Below are positions 25,998 through 33,951 of a stretch of 64,000 nt of DNA, one piece after another (position 1 is the stretch's first letter; each line of letters begins with the position of its first letter). The stretch is taken from contig JAUYHA010000109.1 of the NCBI GenBank assembly GCA_030690265.1, forward strand, positions 368-64,367, written 5' to 3'. The translations under genes were made by a program, and so were the position numbers. This DNA comes from Dehalococcoidales bacterium (GTDB lineage: Bacteria > Chloroflexota > Dehalococcoidia > Dehalococcoidales > UBA2162). Below the pieces are notes generated by a model. It worked only from the letters and a program-made list of their open reading frames with translations. It did not search any database and was not told where the DNA came from.

Positions 25998-26986
25998 TGC
26001 GGGTACCTCTCAAGGGCAGCATCAAGCACGGCACCTATCAGTTCTTGATGAGTCCAGCCTATCATCTTGGCCATAATAACCATATCGCTATAGCTTCCCA
26101 GTCCGGGTAGCGGGTTCACTTCAAGAAAGTATGGTGTTCCCCCCGGGCTGACTCTGAAGTCCACGCGGGCAAAATCCCGGCACCCCAGAGCCTTAAAAAC
26201 CTTGAGACTGGAATCCGATATCTTATCCAGTATCTTTTGTTCGAGAAGGACGGGGCACTCGTATTCAACCAGATTCAGATAATCGCGTTTTACTTCAAGT
26301 GAATAGACGAAATGCTCATCTTTAGTTTTGGGCAGTATGCGCATCATGCCTAACATCCCGGGTGGTGAGTTACCGATAATGCCTACCGTAACCTCATCGC
26401 CATCAATGAATTCCTCGACCATTACCGGCTGCCGGTAACACTCCAGTATTCTTTGTGCTTTCTCCTGTGCCTGGCTTACGCTGTATGCCAGGGAAGTAAG
26501 ACGAATTCCTTTACTTGAGCCTTCGTAGGCGGGCTTGATAATAGCCGGCAAAGGGAAACCATCCCAGGAAGTCTGATAAAGCTCTTCCTCATCAGCTATC
26601 TTCAGCCACCCGGGGGTGCTGATGCCATCAAGCGCCACCAGCTTTTTAGTTACCGGTTTATCTAGGCATACCGCCAGACATTGCGGGTCTGAACCGGTAT
26701 AGGGTATGCTCAGCATCTCCAGAATAGAGGGCACCTGTGCCTCCCGGCTGCGGTGGTTACCCTTGCCCTCAGCGATGTTAAAGACAATATCTACCTTCTC
26801 CCGCCGGATATTGTCGAGAAACTCTTTGCCCCCGCCTAATTTGACCACCGAGCGTCCTTTCGCCTCCAGAGCCGCCGATATTAGCTCTACTGTCTCCGGG
26901 GAATCATACTCCTCAGAAGCATCGTTGAGGCCATCTTGTTGTGCTGGTGTAGCTTCTTTAAGGTCATAAGACAACCCTATTATCAT
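25982..26986 (-). CDS. D-Ala-D-Ala-ligase-like ATP-grasp amide ligase (copy 1)
   Basis: EEYDSPETVELI..., PAIIKPAYEGSSKGI, MVEEFIDGDEV, FARVDFRV...FLEVNPLPG. ATGA overlap with the KamA stop. Confidence 0.8.
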   Translation of the reverse strand: MIIGLSYDLKEATPAQQDGLNDASEEYDSPETVELISAALEAKGRSVVKLGGGKEFLDNIRREKVDIVFNIAEGKGNHRSREAQVPSILEMLSIPYTGSDPQCLAVCLDKPVTKKLVALDGISTPGWLKIADEEELYQTSWDGFPLPAIIKPAYEGSSKGIRLTSLAYSVSQAQEKAQRILECYRQPVMVEEFIDGDEVTVGIIGNSPPGMLGMMRILPKTKDEHFVYSLEVKRDYLNLVEYECPVLLEQKILDKISDSSLKVFKALGCRDFARVDFRVSPGGTPYFLEVNPLPGLGSYSDMVIMAKMIGWTHQELIGAVLDAALERYPQCGHM

Positions 26987-28314
26987 TTTTTCACTCCTGC
27001 TGGCAAGACCAATTGTCTGCTGTCATACGATGACCTTCGGGAATTAGAGCTTATCCGCCTGCCGTTTCGGTGACCATTGCCAGGCAAATTCGAGCTATCA
27101 GGGTTACGGTAGTTGAACAGGCGGCCTTCATAGTTTCTGAGTATCAGTTCTTCCCTGGTCTGCGAAAGCACATAGTTCGGCTGCAAAGGTACCTTGCCGC
27201 CGCCCCCGGGAAGGTCTACCACATATGTCGGTATTGCCAGACCGGAGGTGAAGCCGCGCATTCCCTCGATTATTTTTACACCGGCTTCTACCGGAGTTCG
27301 GAGGTGCTCGGTTCCCTGCACCTCATCACACTGAAAGAGATAGTAAGGACGCACCTTTATCCTGAGCAAGCTCTGGCACAGCTTTAGCATGGTTTCAACG
27401 CTATCATTGACGCCACGCAATAGCACTGACTGGTTGTTTACCGGGATGCCGCTGCGCAATAGCCGGTCACAGGCTTCCGCTGCCTCCGGAGTTATCTCAT
27501 TGGGATGGTTGAAATGGGTGTTAAGCCATATCGGGCTATATTTTGATAACATGGCACATAACTCATTATCGATGCGCTGGGGTAACACCACGGGAAAGCG
27601 GGTACCGATGCGTATAATCTCTATATGCTTTATTCTTCTGATTTTTGAAATAATGCTTTCCAGACGGTGGGTGGAAAAAGTCAGAGGGTCACCACCGGAG
27701 ATAATGACATCTCTAATATTTTTGTTCTGTTGCAAATACTCCAGCATGGCTTCTATCTCATTGTCGGGGCGCACCCAACCCCCGTGCCGCCATTCCCGCT
27801 TGCGGGTACAGTGACGGCAGAGCATGGCGCAGATATCGGAAAGCACCATCAAGGCTCTATCCGGGTAACGATGGACCAGACCGGGAACGACTGAGTCTTC
27901 TTTCTCCGCCAGGGGGTCCTCAAGACCCATGCAGCTCATGGTTATCTCAAGGACAGAGGGTACTGCCTGTTTTCTTATCGGGTCATCAGGGTCATCAGGG
28001 TTAATTAGAGACAGGTAGTAGGGGGTTATCGACAGAGGGTAGCGCCTGATTACCAGTCTTAGCTGCGCCTTTTCTGTAGCCGAGAGGGGGACGAATTCGT
28101 TTAACCGTTCAATAGTGTTAATTCTATTTCGGAAGTGCCACTTCCAATCATTCCAGTTGCTCTCGGATATATGCCCGAAGAACCTATATCGGTTTGAAGC
28201 TCTACTATCTGGAGGGTCTTCTTCAATATCGCTGCGAGGAGCAGATTTACCGGGGGGTTCTTCCTCCTTTTCACTTGAGGTCTGATTTTCTATTGTGGTG
28301 GTTTGCTTTTCCAT
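26983..28314 (-). CDS. kamA: KamA-family radical-SAM/PLP amino-acid 2,3-aminomutase (lysine 2,3-aminomutase-like)
   Basis: WNDWKWHFRNRI N-terminal signature, CAMLCRHCTRK (CxxxCxxC), IISGGDPL, and size 443 aa. Substrate (Lys vs Glu/Arg) was not determined. Confidence 0.85.
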   Translation of the reverse strand: MEKQTTTIENQTSSEKEEEPPGKSAPRSDIEEDPPDSRASNRYRFFGHISESNWNDWKWHFRNRINTIERLNEFVPLSATEKAQLRLVIRRYPLSITPYYLSLINPDDPDDPIRKQAVPSVLEITMSCMGLEDPLAEKEDSVVPGLVHRYPDRALMVLSDICAMLCRHCTRKREWRHGGWVRPDNEIEAMLEYLQQNKNIRDVIISGGDPLTFSTHRLESIISKIRRIKHIEIIRIGTRFPVVLPQRIDNELCAMLSKYSPIWLNTHFNHPNEITPEAAEACDRLLRSGIPVNNQSVLLRGVNDSVETMLKLCQSLLRIKVRPYYLFQCDEVQGTEHLRTPVEAGVKIIEGMRGFTSGLAIPTYVVDLPGGGGKVPLQPNYVLSQTREELILRNYEGRLFNYRNPDSSNLPGNGHRNGRRISSNSRRSSYDSRQLVLPAGVKK

Positions 28315-28362
28315 TTCATCCTTTCTTTAATGTTATTATCTTTAAATAGTCTGGAAAGTACT

Positions 28363-28689
28363 CTATGTAGCTTTAATTTCGACACGCGGGGTTCGCCGGT
28401 CAGCCACATAAGCATCCCCGGCACTGTCAATATATCCTTCATAGAAGAGCAGTTCGTGATGCTGCTCCAGGTCCTGCCTGCTTCTTATAGAGAGGTCTTT
28501 CTCACGGGCTTTAGCGGGACTAAAAATACTGACTCGTCTCACCTGTTTGTCTTTAACCTGACCATCATATTCAAAACACCTGAGCAGCTCGAGGTACTGA
28601 GGCAACAGGCCGAACCGGCGCCGCATATATTCCTGGATAGGTTTAGGTAGCCGCCTGGCTCCATTTTTGTTTCGCCAGTACAGGTGCAT
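28363..28689 (-). CDS. Hypothetical basic protein (108 aa), first conserved-looking gene upstream of kamA
   Basis: ORF in operon position, 48 nt upstream of kamA. No family recognised. Confidence 0.45.
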   Translation of the reverse strand: MHLYWRNKNGARRLPKPIQEYMRRRFGLLPQYLELLRCFEYDGQVKDKQVRRVSIFSPAKAREKDLSIRSRQDLEQHHELLFYEGYIDSAGDAYVADRRTPRVEIKAT

Positions 28690-28704
28690 CTCAGGTGTTA
28701 CCTT

Positions 28705-28851
28705 TCATTTCATTGTATTGGCTTTGCCAGGATGTGCCCAGTCAGTATGCCTCTTCATTGTAATAAGGTCTCTACAAGTGAAAGGGCATCCTGCAGCAAG
28801 ACACTTCAGTTCGGTAGTAGTCGTGGATTGCTTCTTTTTGAATAAACCCAT
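28705..28851 (-). CDS. 48-aa ORF with classical C2H2 zinc-finger spacing (below the track cutoff)
   Basis: AAGGAGGtaagaaaATG start context. Translation is MGLFKKKQSTTTTELKCLAAGCPFTCRDLITMKRHTDWAHPGKANTMK, giving C-x4-C-x12-H-x4-H. Confidence 0.45.
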   Translation of the reverse strand: MGLFKKKQSTTTTELKCLAAGCPFTCRDLITMKRHTDWAHPGKANTMK

Positions 28852-28888
28852 TTTCTTACCTCCTTATTTACCAGCTATTTGTTCCCGG

Positions 28889-29317
28889 TCAAGCCTCCAT
28901 TCTCTCTTTGATATTGGTCAAGGCAAAGCTTGCCACGCGTTCGTTCCTTCTCAATATGAGCAACTCACTGACTTTCCCTAGCACCGGTATAGGGATGGTA
29001 TAATCTATTACCCATCTTAATTCAGTCCCAACATCCACACGTCTAAATTCCCAAAACCAGCTGGCATTCATACCACCCTTGCTCTCTACACGGCGTTCAC
29101 CATTGATTCTGCTGCGGGTTACCTTTGCTTTCGAAGTAAAGTGTAACCCCATCATTTTGTAGTCAAATGTCCAGCTCTGCAGTTCTCCGTGCCCGGTGAT
29201 ATCCCGAATTGCAGTTACATTTGACCACCATTCCGTCATGTTTTCAGGGTTACTTATGTACTCAAACACTTTTTCTACCGGAACATTAATTGTAATGCTT
29301 TCTGTAATCCTTGGCAT
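28889..29317 (-). CDS. SRPBCC (START/Bet v1/polyketide-cyclase-like) ligand-binding protein
   Basis: ITESITINVPVEKVFEYISNPENMTEWW is a typical SRPBCC N-terminus. ATG at 29317 after GAGGAGGAAAAAGGAA. Confidence 0.7.
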   Translation of the reverse strand: MPRITESITINVPVEKVFEYISNPENMTEWWSNVTAIRDITGHGELQSWTFDYKMMGLHFTSKAKVTRSRINGERRVESKGGMNASWFWEFRRVDVGTELRWVIDYTIPIPVLGKVSELLILRRNERVASFALTNIKERMEA

Positions 29318-29394
29318 TTCCTTTTTCCTCCTCAAGTTCTATCTAAGCCAGGATTAACTCCAATTAATCTCCTTGTGTCCCCATCTCTAATAAC

Positions 29395-29423
29395 TTGACA
29401 AACCTTTTTTATCCCAGTATGAT
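29395..29423 (+). promoter_or_regulatory. Candidate promoter for the wHTH gene (TTGACA-17 nt-TATGAT)
   Basis: TTGACA at 29395-29400 and TATGAT at 29418-29423. Confidence 0.4.
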
Positions 29424-29479
29424 TCTTCAGGATGTTTTATTGTAGACATTATCTTCCAGAATTTTAGTTCTTGTAGAAA

Positions 29480-29507
29480 ATTATACAATGCCATTGGAAT
29501 TTGTCAA
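29480..29507 (-). promoter_or_regulatory. Candidate promoter for the SRPBCC-kamA operon (TTGACA-16 nt-TATAAT on the minus strand)
   Basis: Plus-strand tgtcaa at 29502-29507 and attata at 29480-29485. Both hexamers are consensus. Confidence 0.4.
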
Positions 29508-29548
29508 GAGGTCTTCTTAAAATTCCTCGGGTTTACTGGAGGGTTGCA

Positions 29549-29860
29549 ATGAATGAATGGAAATTCATTACAAATCACGGTTTAGTACTGGCTTCTATTG
29601 CCACAGGGCATGGTAAAACAGCCAGAGACATTGGTGATGAGGTTGGTATAACAGAAAGGACTACCCACAAGATAATAGTTGACCTTGAGAAGGATGGCTA
29701 TATTACAAAAACCAGAGTTGGCAACAGAAATAGATATAGAATCCTTCCAGAAGTACTCATGAAAACAACTGATATCGCGGTCGGTGAGCTTCTGGAACTA
29801 CTCGGCTGGAAAAGGCGAAAAAGGAAAAAGACGGTCGATATCCGCAAAAACGAAGATTAA
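29549..29860 (+). CDS. Winged-helix (MarR/ArsR-like) transcriptional regulator
   Basis: ARDIGDEVGITERTTHKIIVDLEKDGYITKTRVGNRNRYRI. ATG at 29549 after GGAGGG. Basic C-terminal tail. Confidence 0.65.
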   Translation: MNEWKFITNHGLVLASIATGHGKTARDIGDEVGITERTTHKIIVDLEKDGYITKTRVGNRNRYRILPEVLMKTTDIAVGELLELLGWKRRKRKKTVDIRKNED

Positions 29861-29912
29861 AGATGTAGACCCGTCAAGTACTTCGTATCATTAAATAATT
29901 CCCAATTTCCTT

Positions 29913-31292
29913 TCATCTAGGGAGGTTCCTGTCTCCTGTCTTCAAAAGTATGCATTGTTCTGGCCTGACCGGTTTCGCAGCTAATATTTGCTCAGCGATG
30001 TTAAAGTGTCTCCTGGATTGGTTTTTCCAGGAAAACTCTTCGGCAAAATTTAATACTTTCTCTTCTATCATTTCCCCAATCTCTGGATTGCAGATGAGGT
30101 TTTTCACTTTGAGTAACAGACTATCTAAATTTATGTCGGTCAACTCTCCAGCTTCTTTCAGGGTCTCGCCGACGCCTTCCATGTCACGCCCGGCAATTAA
30201 AGCTCCGGTGCCCAGGGCGTGTGACAGGACTCCACTCTGGGTGCACTCACTGGGCCAGTAGAAATTGATATCAAAGGCTCTCTGAGCAAGGGGCAAAATG
30301 TCACCATTTACCCAGGTCTCACAGAGAAATTTATCTTCGCCATTACACATTCTCAGGAGTTTGTCAGCATACTTCTTTTGAGATTTATCCCTGGGTTTAC
30401 CAATCCTTACTGCCACAATTTTTCTGTGAGGAAGGTATCGTTGCAAGCTATCTCTGCTGTGATAAAGAAATTTTGTATCCTTGGAATGGGCCATAAATCC
30501 TGTCTGCCCAAGCACAACAGTATTCGGGTCAGTGAAGACACGCTGCTTATATAAAGCTTTTTTTACCTTCATACTGAGGTCTGATTCATAAAGCAGGTAA
30601 TCGTTTAATTTTTCCTTGGCTTCCTTCCGGCTCAGATGGGTTATCTCGGGATAAGAGTGAATACCGTGCCTTATGAGATGCAGTTTTCCGGAATGCTGGG
30701 GGAAAGCGGCGCTGACTGCATTGTAGACACCCCGGCTGAAAACGGTGATTGCGTCAACATAAGGCAGCAATATTTGCAACATGTAATACTCGTTATTGCG
30801 CAGTCCCATCACGGATTCATCGCTCTGGAAATGAAGGGTGTGAAAACTAACTACCTTCGGTATATTCAGATTTTTCAGCATAGAGATAAACTGAAAGTTT
30901 CTCGGCCAGATACCGAATTCATGCTGGAACCAGAGGACAGCGTTTTCTCTTCTTGAACTCAAAGTGCTAAGCCCTTTTTCAATCGTTGATGAAGTAAAAT
31001 CACGGCGACTTGGTATGCCATACCAGACATTATGTTTTGCTTTTTCTTCGTCTGTCAGGGGGGCCCCATAATTTTCCAGGTTGAAGGATATTACCCCCCA
31101 TCTTGACTCAGGGTTTTTACGGATAATGAAGCTGGTATAATCGGCAATGCCGCACATTATGGGTGGGTATGGTCCGACAAAATATATAGATGCTGCTTTA
31201 TCAACGGGCTTTAGTGTTTCCTGTGAAAACGGGATTAGAAGTGTCTCTTTATAAATATTGGGGTTCGTACCCCCAATTATGCTGCTTGCCAT
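29913..31292 (-). CDS. GT-B-fold (family 4-like) glycosyltransferase
   Basis: YFVGPYPPIMCGIADYTSF N-terminus and a C-terminal E-x7-E-like region. ATG at 31292 after GGAAGGAG. Confidence 0.6.
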   Translation of the reverse strand: MASSIIGGTNPNIYKETLLIPFSQETLKPVDKAASIYFVGPYPPIMCGIADYTSFIIRKNPESRWGVISFNLENYGAPLTDEEKAKHNVWYGIPSRRDFTSSTIEKGLSTLSSRRENAVLWFQHEFGIWPRNFQFISMLKNLNIPKVVSFHTLHFQSDESVMGLRNNEYYMLQILLPYVDAITVFSRGVYNAVSAAFPQHSGKLHLIRHGIHSYPEITHLSRKEAKEKLNDYLLYESDLSMKVKKALYKQRVFTDPNTVVLGQTGFMAHSKDTKFLYHSRDSLQRYLPHRKIVAVRIGKPRDKSQKKYADKLLRMCNGEDKFLCETWVNGDILPLAQRAFDINFYWPSECTQSGVLSHALGTGALIAGRDMEGVGETLKEAGELTDINLDSLLLKVKNLICNPEIGEMIEEKVLNFAEEFSWKNQSRRHFNIAEQILAAKPVRPEQCILLKTGDRNLPR

Positions 31293-31363
31293 AGCTGCTC
31301 TCCTTCCTACTTCCACCAGTACCAAATTGAATTGGCTCTATTGAACAGTTGTCATCCTTTTGT

Positions 31364-31546
31364 TTAAAGATTCTCAGAGGAGGTATCCGTAGTTAATTCA
31401 TGTTCTGTCTGACTAGGCTCAATAATGATGCTTCCGAGTAGAGTGCGGTAGCCACATCGGAAACATTGCTCATGCTCATTTCCGGATATGGTCTGATAGA
31501 TGAACGTATCTGCTCCACATTTCGGGCAGTTCTTTAATTGCCACAT
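31364..31546 (-). CDS. Small zinc-ribbon protein (60 aa)
   Basis: CPKC...x20...CFRC four-Cys ribbon. Confidence 0.45.
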   Translation of the reverse strand: MWQLKNCPKCGADTFIYQTISGNEHEQCFRCGYRTLLGSIIIEPSQTEHELTTDTSSENL

Positions 31547-31771
31547 TTACCTTTCCATTCTATTCCTATTACTTAGAACTTGTCCAGAGATATTAATAGC
31601 TCTGGTCTGCGGTAAGGATTGCTTTCCCGGGCTTTTTGAATATATTTGATTCTCCCGGCTTACTGCCAAAATACGGGTAAGGGAAGCCTTTGAATACGAC
31701 TCCTGTCCCATTTTACCAGGGTACCGATATCTTTAGGATGGGGACGCATTAGACTTAAGCCATCCTGAGAG

Positions 31772-32266
31772 TCATCTGGTTCTAGCGGGCAGCAATTCTA
31801 CTTCTTCCGTAAAGTCTTCCACCGTGGCAATTGCCTGCTCCATCAGCCTGGCAAGGCTTTCCCGGTCCGGAGCCTGTACAGCAAAGATGAGGTCAGCAAA
31901 TCCTTCCAGCTGGTCAATCATCATCACGCCAGGCTGGCGTTCCACGATTGCTGCGGCTTGCTCTAAATCAGTATTCTTGACTCTGAGTAATGCATAAGCC
32001 TTGGCTTTCATAATGTCCATCGCAGTTCCTTCCAGTGCCTTTTTATTGATAATCATCCGGTGGCGCTCAAATCTGATAGCACCTTCAGCCTGGAATGATT
32101 CCAGACAGCCGTTCACCATCTCCCGGGATGTACCCAGCATCATTGCCATCTCCCGCTGAGAAAGGCGCGGGCGGCTGGCTTTCTCAGTCCCGGCATACTG
32201 AAGCAGAACTCCAGCCAACCGCCGTCTGAGGTCTTCAGGTTCTACCAGCAGGACATGACTTGACAC
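31772..32266 (-). CDS. Regulator with a Crp/Fnr-type HTH fused to an Lrp/AsnC-type RAM (ligand-binding) domain; no cNMP-binding domain
   Basis: The N-terminal part LSQREMAMMLGTSREMVNGCLESFQAEGAI is Crp-like HTH. The C-terminal part AYALLRVKN...PGV...LEGFADLIFAVQAPDRESL is AsnC-type RAM. The start lies 4 nt after the DUF1540 stop. Confidence 0.6.
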   Translation of the reverse strand: MSSHVLLVEPEDLRRRLAGVLLQYAGTEKASRPRLSQREMAMMLGTSREMVNGCLESFQAEGAIRFERHRMIINKKALEGTAMDIMKAKAYALLRVKNTDLEQAAAIVERQPGVMMIDQLEGFADLIFAVQAPDRESLARLMEQAIATVEDFTEEVELLPARTR

Positions 32267-32270
32267 TGAC

Positions 32271-32552
32271 TCAGCTCCTCACCTGATATGTTTCGCAATC
32301 GGCATGTCGATTGTGACTGGCAACATCTATGTTTGAAGCCCGGCATTCAAGCTGTTCATTAAACTTGCAGTCCGCTGCCAGACAGGCACCCACCCCAGCG
32401 TTAGCTTCCGGGACCCCGCCTTTACCGCTGGCATGGGTATAGGTATTGCATTCCGCGTGTGAGCCTACATTAATGCCTGGGGTATGACAACGGTTGGTCA
32501 TATTGTAGGCACAAGCTGACATGTTGCACTCAAGTATTCGGGTCATATCCAT
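32271..32552 (-). CDS. DUF1540-like Cys-rich protein (93 aa, copy A)
   Basis: ATG at 32552 after GGGAGGTGGAGAA. Two repeats, C-x4-C-x7-C-x12-C then C-x4-C-x7-C-x15-C (CNMSACAYN...C...C). Paralogue at 33572. Confidence 0.7.
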   Translation of the reverse strand: MDMTRILECNMSACAYNMTNRCHTPGINVGSHAECNTYTHASGKGGVPEANAGVGACLAADCKFNEQLECRASNIDVASHNRHADCETYQVRS

Positions 32553-32677
32553 TTCTCCACCTCCCAAAACTTTTTTGTATTCTAGCCAATGAAATGTGGA
32601 AAAGTCATAAAACTGGCGGTTAAAAAATAACAAAAGTATTACATTTGGGGGGGGGTATAAAGAAGCAAGTGAGAGGT

Positions 32678-33430
32678 TTAGATGGGGACCTCTTCGGAGA
32701 CTGGTTCAGAAACTGGCAGGTCTATCATATAGCCAGTTTTGGCTACGGTGCGAATGAAGGCAGGATGACTATCGTTGCGTTCTATTTTATTCCTGAGGCG
32801 GCTGATCCAGGTTCTTAATATCTGCACGTCATTACGGTATTCAGGTCCCCAAATCTTGCTGAGCAGGTCTTCGTATAGCATCAGCTTACCGGCATGCCGG
32901 GTAAGCTCGCTTAGCAAAAGCCATTCAATCCGAGTAAGGGCTATTTCCTCACCGTCCACGATGACCAGATGTTTCTTCCGATTCAGGGTAATAGCTCCCA
33001 GCGTAATGGAGTCAGTAATCTCGCGTTCCTGGGCAGGCATCAGACGCCGTCTTAAGGCTTCGATGCGGGCTATCAGTTCGTCAAGGCTGAAAGGCTTAGC
33101 CAGATAGTCATCAGCGCCCAGTTCCAAGCCTTTTACTTTATCTATGCTGGCTTCCCTGGCGCTGAGAATAATAATCGGTAATGAAAAGTGAGTTCGCACC
33201 TGCTTAAGGGTTTCAAAGCCGTCCATCCCGGGCATAATCACATCGAGGACAAGCAAGTCTGGCTCCTGCGATTGCACTATCTCCAGGGCTTCCCACCCAT
33301 TATAAGCCGTTAGTACCTCATACCCTGATGCCTTGAGTTTTAGCTCGAGGAACTTGACTATGCGCGGCTCATCATCAGTTATCAGTACTCGGTATTGCTT
33401 CACTATCCTGCCTTTCGACCGCAAAGTCAC
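32678..33430 (-). CDS. OmpR/PhoB-family response regulator
   Basis: Receiver (VLITDDEP...LLVLDVIMPGMDG...KP) plus a winged-helix trans_reg_C domain (LTRIEWLLL...RTVAKTGY). Confidence 0.9.
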   Translation of the reverse strand: MTLRSKGRIVKQYRVLITDDEPRIVKFLELKLKASGYEVLTAYNGWEALEIVQSQEPDLLVLDVIMPGMDGFETLKQVRTHFSLPIIILSAREASIDKVKGLELGADDYLAKPFSLDELIARIEALRRRLMPAQEREITDSITLGAITLNRKKHLVIVDGEEIALTRIEWLLLSELTRHAGKLMLYEDLLSKIWGPEYRNDVQILRTWISRLRNKIERNDSHPAFIRTVAKTGYMIDLPVSEPVSEEVPI

Positions 33431-33456
33431 ACTTAAATGATATTTGGAAACAGGCA

Positions 33457-33490
33457 GAATGTCAAACTTTAGAACCGAATGTCATAGTTT
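33457..33490. promoter_or_regulatory. Direct repeat GAATGTCA(A/T)A(C/G)TTT x2, 20-nt register; candidate response-regulator box
   Basis: Copies at 33457-33470 and 33477-33490 match at 12/14 positions. They lie in the divergent RR / DUF1540 intergenic region. Confidence 0.3.
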
Positions 33491-33571
33491 TGTAATATTT
33501 CCTCCCTTTATTTTATGACTTTTTGATGCTTTCCAGTTTAGGATTAGAGCAAATGAGGAGGTAAGAAGATT

Positions 33572-33850
33572 ATGCAAATGGTTCAGATTAGCAGATGTAA
33601 TATGAAAACTTGTGCCTACAATATGGATGGGCTGTGCCACACTCTGGCGATAACGGTAGGGCCCCATGCCGAGTGTAACACATATGTTCACGCCAGCAAT
33701 AAAGGCGGCTTCGGCCATGTTACAGCAGGGATAGGTGCCTGTCTGGCAGCGGACTGTAAGTTCAACGATAGGCTGGAGTGCCAGGCATCGAGGATAGATG
33801 TGGTCGGTCACGGTAAACACGCCGATTGCGAAACATTTCAAGAAAGATAG
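33572..33850 (+). CDS. DUF1540-like Cys-rich protein (92 aa, copy B)
   Basis: GAGGAGG Shine-Dalgarno site. 60 of 92 aligned residues are identical to copy A by hand alignment, and all 8 Cys are conserved. Confidence 0.7.
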   Translation: MQMVQISRCNMKTCAYNMDGLCHTLAITVGPHAECNTYVHASNKGGFGHVTAGIGACLAADCKFNDRLECQASRIDVVGHGKHADCETFQER

Positions 33851-33951
33851 AGCGCCGGCTCGGCGTTTCAAGATACTACAGAGTGTGTTCGGAGCAGAGG
33901 GTGAAGAGGTTCGTGTGTTTTTCTTTGTGATGAATAAGAGGTATTGTTATT

